A stretch of DNA of 62,498 nucleotides, taken from positions 1 to 62,498 of the forward strand of contig JAQGOK010000166.1 of the NCBI GenBank assembly GCA_028293645.1. The letters are read 5' to 3'. This document shows, one piece after another, positions 55,679-62,498 of this stretch. This stretch comes from Chthoniobacter sp. Lineage in GTDB: Bacteria; Verrucomicrobiota; Verrucomicrobiia; Chthoniobacterales; Chthoniobacteraceae. The notes beneath the pieces are model-generated. The model was not told where the DNA came from. It was given only the letters and a program-made list of their open reading frames with translations, and did not search any database. The position numbers were made by a program, and so were the translations under genes. Within the stretch, counting starts at the first letter, position 1. Each line of letters starts with the position of its first letter.

Positions 55679-56544
55679 CCCTCACCGCGCTCGATCGGCG
55701 CGCGCACGCGATTGCCCCATTCGGTCCAGGAACCGTCGTAGTTCCGCACGGTTTCGTAGCCGAGGAGATAGGTGAGGACAAACCAGGTGTGGCTGGAGCG
55801 CTCGCCGATCCGGCAATACGCGACGATCTCGTCGTCTTTCTTCAGCCCGCAGCCTTCGGTGTAAATCTTCTGCAGGTCCGCCGGTGACTTGAAGGTCGCG
55901 TCTTCATTCACCGCCATTTTCCAAGGCACGCTCTTTGCCCCCGGGATGTGACCGCCGCGGAGCACGCCTTCCTGCGGATACTCGGGCATGTGCGTGACGT
56001 CGCCTTTGAACTCGCCCGGCGAGCGAACGTCGATCAGCGGCAAACCGTCCTGCATCTGCGCATGCGCGTCCTCGTAAAACGCCCGGATCTCGTCGTCGAA
56101 ACGCTTCGCCGGCACCGGGTATTCCGCCGGGGTTACCTTTGGCTTATCCTTCGTCAAAGGGCGCCCTTCCTTGACCCATTTGTCGCGGCCGCCATTGACG
56201 ATCTTCACCTTCGTATGGCCGAAAAGGCGGAACGCCCAGAGCGCGTAAGTCGCCCACCAATTGCTTTTGTCGCCGTAAAAAATCACCGTGGTTTCCGGCG
56301 AGATCCCGTTCCTTTCGCAGAGCGCCGCAAAAGCCGCGGGAGCGATGTAATCGCGCACGAGCGGGTCCTGCAGATCCTGGCGCCAGTCGATGTGCACGGC
56401 ACCCGGGATATGTCCCGTGTCGTAAAGGAGAAGGTCTTCGTTGCTCTCCACCAGCCGCGTGCCGGGCTCGTTGAGATGCTCGGCCAGCCAGTCCGTGCTC
56501 ACCAGCGCTTCAGGGTGCGCGTATTGGGAAAGTGGTTCGCTCAT
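55675..56544 (-). CDS. Tandem-domain thiosulfate sulfurtransferase (SseA/CysA-type rhodanese)
   Basis: GHIPGA in both domains, active loop [18 protein letters not shown]. Confidence 0.95.
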   Translation of the reverse strand: MSEPLSQYAHPEALVSTDWLAEHLNEPGTRLVESNEDLLLYDTGHIPGAVHIDWRQDLQDPLVRDYIAPAAFAALCERNGISPETTVIFYGDKSNWWATYALWAFRLFGHTKVKIVNGGRDKWVKEGRPLTKDKPKVTPAEYPVPAKRFDDEIRAFYEDAHAQMQDGLPLIDVRSPGEFKGDVTHMPEYPQEGVLRGGHIPGAKSVPWKMAVNEDATFKSPADLQKIYTEGCGLKKDDEIVAYCRIGERSSHTWFVLTYLLGYETVRNYDGSWTEWGNRVRAPIERGEG

Positions 56545-56633
56545 AGACCGGGCAGAGTAGCCGGAAGCCGAAGCTGCCCTCAAGGGGCGAATCCGTCATA
56601 TTCGGAGGCGTCGCGAACGGAACGCCTCTCGCG

Positions 56634-57365
56634 CTAGCGATCGAACAGCGCAGCGATCTCTGCCTGCATCGCTTCGGCGGCGGCTCGAGGATCGGCAGCT
56701 TGACGAATGGGCCGGCCGACCACGACGTGATCGGCGCCTGCACGGAATGCCTCCGCGAGCGTCATCGTGCGCTTTTGATCATCGCTCCCCTGCTCCGCCG
56801 TCGCGCGGATCCCAGGCGTGATGATCCGCGGCGTAGCGCCCAATTCGCGGCGCAGTCGCGCCGCTTCCAAACCTGAGCAAATGAGGCCGTCGATCCCGCA
56901 TTCCACCGCGACGCGCGCTCGGCGGGAAACCAGATCTTCGACGGGCCCGGACCAGCCCATCTCCTCCACTTCGGTGGCATCCACACTCGTGAGCACGGTC
57001 ACGGCGAGCAGTTGCATCGTGCCTTTCATCGGGACGGCCGCACGATAGACGGCACTCGTGCCGTGCAGGGTGCAACAGGTCACGTTGTGCCGCGCCAGAT
57101 TGGCAACGGCGGCGCGCACCGTTGCAGGCACATCGGAAAACTTTAGATCGGCGAAGACTTTTTTCCCGCGCGCGCGTAACTCCGCCAGCAGCTCGAAGTA
57201 TTGACCGCTCATGCAAAACTCGAGGCCCACTTTGTAGAAGGTCACCGCATCACCCAATCGCTCGATCCAGGCGCGCGCTTCTTCGATCGTCGCCACATCG
57301 AGCGCGAAGATCAGCCGGTCACGAGAATCGATGTGGGTGGTGGATGCGGCGGCCGGCGGGTTCAT
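56634..57365 (-). CDS. pyrF: Orotidine-5'-phosphate decarboxylase
   Basis: LIFALD, YKVG, FADLKFSDVPATV, TPGIR, DQKR, VVGRPI. Confidence 0.96.
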   Translation of the reverse strand: MNPPAAASTTHIDSRDRLIFALDVATIEEARAWIERLGDAVTFYKVGLEFCMSGQYFELLAELRARGKKVFADLKFSDVPATVRAAVANLARHNVTCCTLHGTSAVYRAAVPMKGTMQLLAVTVLTSVDATEVEEMGWSGPVEDLVSRRARVAVECGIDGLICSGLEAARLRRELGATPRIITPGIRATAEQGSDDQKRTMTLAEAFRAGADHVVVGRPIRQAADPRAAAEAMQAEIAALFDR

Positions 57366-57399
57366 GGCGCGCCTTTCTCGGTCCGAGGTGCCCTGCGCA

Positions 57400-57882
57400 T
57401 CAATGCGGAACTTCGGCCGAGGCGGCTGCCCCGAGGGTGACCTGCCGGACGGCTTCGTACAGGACGATGCCGACGGCGGTCGCCAGGTTCAGGCTGCGGG
57501 TGCTGCCGGGCATGGGAATGGTGAAGCAACGTTCTGCGTTCTCGCGGAGGAGCGATTCGGGAAGGCCCTTGGTCTCACGTCCGAAGACCAGGAAGTCGCC
57601 GGGGCAGAACGCGGCATTCCAGTATGCTGCCGACGTTTTGGTCGTCAGAAAAAACCACCGTGCGCTCGCTAGGTGGGCCGCTTGCAAAGCTGCGAACGAA
57701 TCCCAGACCGTGACCCGCACGTCCGCCCAATAATCGAGACCTGCGCGCTTCACGGCGCGATCCTCGATCGAAAAGCCGAGCGGCTTCACCAGATGCAGGT
57801 GCGAATTGGTCGCAAGGCAGAGCCGGCCAATGTTGCCGGTGTTCGGCGGAATCTCCGGCTCAATCAGTACGACGTGAAACAT
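57400..57882 (-). CDS. trmL: tRNA (cytidine/uridine-34 2'-O)-methyltransferase
   Basis: PEIPPNTGNIGRLC, RAGLDYW, FGRETKGLP, RSLNL. Confidence 0.95.
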   Translation of the reverse strand: MFHVVLIEPEIPPNTGNIGRLCLATNSHLHLVKPLGFSIEDRAVKRAGLDYWADVRVTVWDSFAALQAAHLASARWFFLTTKTSAAYWNAAFCPGDFLVFGRETKGLPESLLRENAERCFTIPMPGSTRSLNLATAVGIVLYEAVRQVTLGAAASAEVPH

Positions 57883-58029
57883 TCGTCGTCAGCTTCCCTC
57901 GGCGTGGTACGACTTGCCGAGCCTGTTCATCCGATCGCACTTCGGCGTGTTGAGTAAACCCGGGCTCTGCGCGGCCTGTAAGGGTTGCGCGGTCTCTCGA
58001 TCCGATGTTTACATGCCGGGCTTCATCTC

Positions 58030-59280
58030 GTGCGCTACCTCAAGGTCACACTCGTTCTCGGCTTTTTGGTAAGCCTCGCGGTCGGCGGCCTCCTCGCCGC
58101 ACAGGCGTTCGCCCCGCTGGATGCCGCGCTCGCCCGCTTTTTAGGGCAGGCCTCACCAGCCCCGGTGCATCCGTGGGTGCAGTATGGATTGATCGCTTTT
58201 TTTGCCTTCGGGATCGCCTGGACCACCGTGGATATCCCGCGTTCGTCGCTGAAAGCGATCGTCGCGTTCGGAGCTTTGCTCGAGGTCATCGCGATGGTGG
58301 CCATTCTCAATCTGCACGGGCAGCTCTTCTCCCCATTCGCAAGTCTTGTGGCGATTCTCGGCAGCTTTACCCTCGCCTTTCTTTACTCGCGCTCGGAAGC
58401 GGGAGGTCGCAAGCGCGTCCTCCGGCAGATCCTGGGAGACCGCGTTTCCGAGCGCACCTTCAAGCGGCTGATCGATTCGGAAGAGCCGCTGAACCTCGAA
58501 GGCGAACGCCGGGAAATCACGCTGATTGTTTGCGAGATCTTCAATCACAACGAACTCGAAGACGCCCTGCCGGCACCCGATTACGTCGCGCTGACGAACT
58601 CCTTCCGGCGCAACGTGGCGGACTTTCTCGTCGAACGCGGCGGCTATCTTGATGAATGCGACGGCGAGAGCGTCCGGGTGGTTTTCGGCGCACCTTTGTC
58701 GGATCAACAGCACGGCGCGACCGCGTGTGAAGCGGCGATTGCTTTGGAAGATCGGCTCGATGAGGTGAACCGTGAATGTCACACGATCTGGGGGCAGATG
58801 TTCGACTTCCGCCTCGGCCTCAACAGCGGAGAGATGGTCGTCGGAGCTTACGGTTCGCGGCGGCTCGGCAACTACAGCGTCGCCGGTGAGCCGGTGGAAT
58901 TCGCACGCCGACTCTGTCGCGCGAACCTGATCTACGGCTCTCGAATCCTGATGGGCGCCGGCACGTTTTCGTTCGCAGAACCAGCCATCGAGGTGCGGCC
59001 GATGGAGATGATTCAACGATTCGACGACGGCAGCCGCGAAGAAATCTACGAGCTGCTCGGGATGCGCGACGTGCTCTCGTTTGAGGAACTCGAGCGGCGC
59101 GATCTGTTTTGGAAAGGCGTGGTTTTCTATCGCGAGCAGCTCTGGGATGAGGCACTGAGCCTTTTCTACAGCGCACGCTCGGTCACGGGCGCGGATGGCC
59201 CGGTCGAGTTTTACATTCGGCGGATCGAGCAGCTTCGCTCCGGTGTCTCGGCCCTCGACTGGAACACGGCGCGGCTTTGA
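58030..59280 (+). CDS. Membrane-bound class III adenylate/guanylate cyclase-like protein with degenerate catalytic motifs
   Basis: Transmembrane helices; LEGERREIT; GGYLD...G..V.VVFGAP; RLGLNSGEMVVG..GS; C-terminal TPR-like helices. Start is GTG 58030 or TTG 57985. Confidence 0.85.
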   Translation: MRYLKVTLVLGFLVSLAVGGLLAAQAFAPLDAALARFLGQASPAPVHPWVQYGLIAFFAFGIAWTTVDIPRSSLKAIVAFGALLEVIAMVAILNLHGQLFSPFASLVAILGSFTLAFLYSRSEAGGRKRVLRQILGDRVSERTFKRLIDSEEPLNLEGERREITLIVCEIFNHNELEDALPAPDYVALTNSFRRNVADFLVERGGYLDECDGESVRVVFGAPLSDQQHGATACEAAIALEDRLDEVNRECHTIWGQMFDFRLGLNSGEMVVGAYGSRRLGNYSVAGEPVEFARRLCRANLIYGSRILMGAGTFSFAEPAIEVRPMEMIQRFDDGSREEIYELLGMRDVLSFEELERRDLFWKGVVFYREQLWDEALSLFYSARSVTGADGPVEFYIRRIEQLRSGVSALDWNTARL

Positions 59281-59287
59281 TTGAGCC

Positions 59288-59899
59288 TTGAAGCGCGTCG
59301 AATACCCGGTCGCGATCCGGGCCTTGATCACCGAGTTGAAGCGCATGCCGGGCATCGGTCCGCGTAGCGCCGAGCGGATCGCGTTGTGGATGATCCAATC
59401 GCGCGACGCGCGGCCGGCCGAGATTGCGCGCTCCCTCCAGGAGGTCGCTGCCACCATCCGTCCGTGCTCGCGGTGCGGGTTCTTCACCGCCGAGACGGTG
59501 TGCGAAATCTGCGGCGATCCTTCCCGCGACACTTCTTTGATCTGCGTGGTGGAGCAATCGACCGAGATCCTGCCGCTCGAGCGCACGGGCGCGTTTCGCG
59601 GTTTGTATCATGCGCTCGGCGGGCGCATCTCCCCACTCGATCACATCGGCCCGGAAGATCTCCGGATCGCGGCTCTGGCGGATCGGGCACGCGTCGAGCA
59701 ACCCGCTGAAATCATTCTCGCGCTCGGCGCCGACGTGGAAGGCGAAGCGACTGCCAATTACCTGGTGGATCTGCTCCGCGACGTGCCGGTGAAAATCACC
59801 CGACTCGCGCAGGGTTTGCCGGCAGGCGGCGGCCTTGAATCTGCCGACGAACTCACGTTGACGCGAGCCATGTCAGGTCGCACGAGGCTCGCAGGCTGA
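59288..59899 (+). CDS. recR: Recombination protein RecR
   Basis: MPGIGPRSAER, CxxC-CxxC, YHALGG.ISP, EGEATA.Y. Confidence 0.97.
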   Translation: MKRVEYPVAIRALITELKRMPGIGPRSAERIALWMIQSRDARPAEIARSLQEVAATIRPCSRCGFFTAETVCEICGDPSRDTSLICVVEQSTEILPLERTGAFRGLYHALGGRISPLDHIGPEDLRIAALADRARVEQPAEIILALGADVEGEATANYLVDLLRDVPVKITRLAQGLPAGGGLESADELTLTRAMSGRTRLAG

Positions 59900-59981
59900 G
59901 CGTGTGCGGTTCGGCAGGCGCGGAGTTGATGCTCGATGAAGGCCATTCCGGCGGGCGCGGAGTTTGCTAGGAGGAATGCAC

Positions 59982-60359
59982 ATGGATTCCGCACCCGAGC
60001 ACCTTCATGGACATCCCGGCGATCACGAACTCCGCTCCGTCGAAGAGCTGAGTCGTTACGCATGTGTCAGCCGGGCCTTCATCCGCCTCTGTATCATGAG
60101 CGGCTGCCCGACCAGTGCGGCACGCCTGAGCCAGGCAGCGCTGATCGAGTGGCTTGGCCGGAACTATCCGAAGGTCCGCGCCCTGGCCGGCCTCCGGCGG
60201 TTGGCCTCCATCCAGGGCGTCACGCCGAAGGCTCGGCAGGATCTGCAGGTCGCGAATACGATGATCACGATGCTCGAGTACGCGGAGACGCGCTGCTCAC
60301 AGGTCGAAGAGAAACTGCGTCTGCGGGCGATGTTGCAGTTGGTCGAGCGGTCGATTTGA
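59982..60359 (+). CDS. Hypothetical protein, possible excisionase/MerR-like HTH
   Basis: LRSVEELSRYACVSRAFIR...GCP; AGGAGG 7 nt upstream of ATG 59982. Confidence 0.6.
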   Translation: MDSAPEHLHGHPGDHELRSVEELSRYACVSRAFIRLCIMSGCPTSAARLSQAALIEWLGRNYPKVRALAGLRRLASIQGVTPKARQDLQVANTMITMLEYAETRCSQVEEKLRLRAMLQLVERSI

Positions 60360-60433
60360 AGCGCGAGAAAGCACTCCAGGTGTTGCGCCCGACGGCGGGC
60401 AAGAAGCCGTAGGCCGGTGAGGTTGCGCAGCTC

Positions 60434-61369
60434 TTAACCACCAAGCTTCGCGAGCTGCTCCCACAGCGCTCGCTCTTCGCCTGCGACGGCTTCCGGCAAG
60501 GTGACACCGACTTTCACCAGGAAATCGCCCCGGCCACCGGCACTCGTCGGCAAACCGCGACCTTTCAGACGCAACTTGCGCCCCGGCTGACTTCCCGGCG
60601 GGATCTTCAGACGAATGGGTCCTTCCGGAGTGGGCACTTCCACTTCGGTCCCCAGCACCGCGCGAGCAACCGGCACTTCCAGGTCGTAGATCAAATCCGA
60701 TTCTTCCACTCGGAAATCAGGATGACGTTCAAAGCGGACTCGCAGAAACAGATCCCCCGCCGCACCACCCTTGCTCGAAGAGCCGCCCTGCCCGGACAAC
60801 CGGATCTTTTGGCCCTCCCGAACGCCCACCGGAATACGGACCTCGAACGTCTCTGGACGTTTGGACGCATCACGTTGGAGCGTGATCTTCTTCTTGGCGC
60901 CGCTTAGCGCGTCTTCGATCGAGACCAGCAGATCCGCTTCGAGATCACCACCACGCCGATTCTCACCTGGGACGCCGACGTTCCCAAAAGGGTCGGCACC
61001 ACCGCGCGCCGCCTGGCCTGAAAAGAACTGCTCGAAGAAGTCGCTGAATCCGGTGCCGCCGAACGTTGCTCCACCAAACGGATCACCACCGCCAGTGCCC
61101 CGCCGGCCCCGCCCGGGTCCCGGCGGGCGAGAGCCGCCTTGTTCCCAATCGGCGCCCAAGGTGTCATACTTCTGCCGCTTCTCGGCGTCCCCCAACACAT
61201 CGTAAGCCTCATTGATCTCCTTGAACTTTGCCTCTGCGGCTTTCTTGTCCTTGGCCACGTCGGGATGATGCACCCGGGCGAGCTTGCGGAAAGCCTTCCG
61301 GATCTCGTCGTGTGACGCGTTTTTCGCAACCCCCAGCGTTGAATAGTAATCCTTGTATTGGACGGACAT
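60434..61369 (-). CDS. cbpA: DnaJ-class chaperone CbpA (no Zn finger)
   Basis: YKDYY, HPD, FKEINEAY, FSDFFE, DnaJ C-terminal domain. Confidence 0.92.
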   Translation of the reverse strand: MSVQYKDYYSTLGVAKNASHDEIRKAFRKLARVHHPDVAKDKKAAEAKFKEINEAYDVLGDAEKRQKYDTLGADWEQGGSRPPGPGRGRRGTGGGDPFGGATFGGTGFSDFFEQFFSGQAARGGADPFGNVGVPGENRRGGDLEADLLVSIEDALSGAKKKITLQRDASKRPETFEVRIPVGVREGQKIRLSGQGGSSSKGGAAGDLFLRVRFERHPDFRVEESDLIYDLEVPVARAVLGTEVEVPTPEGPIRLKIPPGSQPGRKLRLKGRGLPTSAGGRGDFLVKVGVTLPEAVAGEERALWEQLAKLGG

Positions 61370-61421
61370 AGCAGGGGGAAAAACTAGCGTCGCGGCGCTG
61401 CACTTCCAGTCTTCGCGCCAT

Positions 61422-61457
61422 AAAAAAACCGGCGGACCACTTTCGTGATCCGCCGGT
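61422..61457 (-). terminator. Intrinsic terminator after Verru_Chthon cassette protein A
   Basis: Minus strand reads ACCGGCGGATCAC-GAAA-GTGGTCCGCCGG-TTTTTTT. Confidence 0.85.
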
Positions 61458-61476
61458 CAGCCCAGGAAGGCGATCG

Positions 61477-62498
61477 CTAGTGCGGCGAAAACTGCTTCGT
61501 CGCGATGATCCGGTAACGGTAATACGGCTCCACTCTTTCCTTCCGATCATCGTAATCGGCGAGCTTCACATCATTCGGATCGATGAACCGCTCGATGGTT
61601 GCCGAACCGCGATACTCGGAAAGCACCCGGTCCTTATCCTCGTCGAAGCTATTTGCCGGAGAGCCCGGCGCCTTGCGGATCGCCTGACAGCGCATGTGCA
61701 CCGTGTAAACGTTCGACTTGGTAGTCAGACGTGGGTAGATGTGCGCGTAGGGCCGCTCGCGCATATTGTCACCGGTGGCGGCGTTCTGAAGCCAGAACGT
61801 GTTCCAATCGGGGACTGGGAGCCCATTGGGGTAGAGGTCGAACTCACAGATTTCGGAAGCCGAACGGAAAAGAGTTCCGTTATTTGAGGGCCCGGTTCTG
61901 AGCCGACGCTCAATCCCTTCGATGGTTCGGCTAAGAGCGATTGGATACCTGAAGCGTGATCCGGAAGTCTGACCGGTCAGCGGATTCTCGTCATGGCCCA
62001 TCGAAGGAGTTCCCGTAGGCACCGCCATCATGAAGGTGCTCTTCAGAACCCCTCGAAGAGCAGTGTCACGGCGCAGGTAAGACCTTTCCGCGACCATACC
62101 TGGATTCGATCCGGCCGTGCCCTTGGCGTAGCCAAACGGGGCAATGATGTAGTTCAGATTGACCTTACCGGCTGTGGAGAAGGGTTCACTGATCGCATAG
62201 GGCTCCACCACCGGAAGGTGGAAGAGATCCAGGTAGAGATGGTCTGGAGGACCGTTCGATGCACCACCTGGATGCGGCTTCTGCTCACGATCGGGGCGAA
62301 AGAGCAGCGTCTGCCACGGCTTGTTTTCAACGCTGCCCGAAGGGATGGACCCAAACATTACCGGCGAAGAGAGCTGACGATTCGGAGTGAAGAACGTCTG
62401 CCCTGTCTCCTCGATGCCACGGCCGCGGAAGTACGGGACCACCTGGGACTCGCCCCACGAGAACTTCACATTCCCTTCATCGACCTTGTTCCCAAACG
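61477..62498 (-). CDS. vccA: Verru_Chthon cassette protein A, C-terminal part (5' end outside the window)
   Basis: PWQTLLFRP, DHLYLDLF..PVVEPYAISEPFSTAGKVNLNY, TGDN.RERPY..IYPRLTTKSNVYTVH, EYRGS..IERFIDP. Confidence 0.88.
   Translation of the reverse strand, partial: FGNKVDEGNVKFSWGESQVVPYFRGRGIEETGQTFFTPNRQLSSPVMFGSIPSGSVENKPWQTLLFRPDREQKPHPGGASNGPPDHLYLDLFHLPVVEPYAISEPFSTAGKVNLNYIIAPFGYAKGTAGSNPGMVAERSYLRRDTALRGVLKSTFMMAVPTGTPSMGHDENPLTGQTSGSRFRYPIALSRTIEGIERRLRTGPSNNGTLFRSASEICEFDLYPNGLPVPDWNTFWLQNAATGDNMRERPYAHIYPRLTTKSNVYTVHMRCQAIRKAPGSPANSFDEDKDRVLSEYRGSATIERFIDPNDVKLADYDDRKERVEPYYRYRIIATKQFSPH

Overview
GC-rich bacterial chromosome segment, very likely Verrucomicrobiota (Chthoniobacterales/Spartobacteria-like). 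Lineage evidence: a PEP-CTERM protein, DUF1549/DUF1553-DUF1501 genes and a Verru_Chthon cassette protein A. Most genes are housekeeping: pheS, rplT, rpmI, uvrA, pyrE, pyrF, ridA, nifS, glgA, argS, prc, recO, recR, tkt, metF, prmA, trmL, cbpA and tRNA-Ser(GCT). The notable features are: (1) a DUF3467 gene followed by two paralogous giant Gly-rich proteins that share an N-terminal 'xE.LE.RIAPA' leader in place of a Sec signal, a candidate dedicated export system; (2) a 127-bp REP/MITE-like palindrome inserted in frame inside uvrA; (3) a GxxExxY nuclease gene start, missed by the ORF track, directly behind pheS and abutting a 28-29 bp repeat that also forms an inverted doublet between rplT and pheS; (4) a predicted extracytoplasmic flavin/Fe-S redox cluster; (5) a nucleotide cyclase homolog with substituted catalytic residues; (6) a stand-alone HisKA-like protein; (7) a HicAB pair between DUF1553 and DUF1501 genes. 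All family calls come from motif recognition by eye; no database searches were run.
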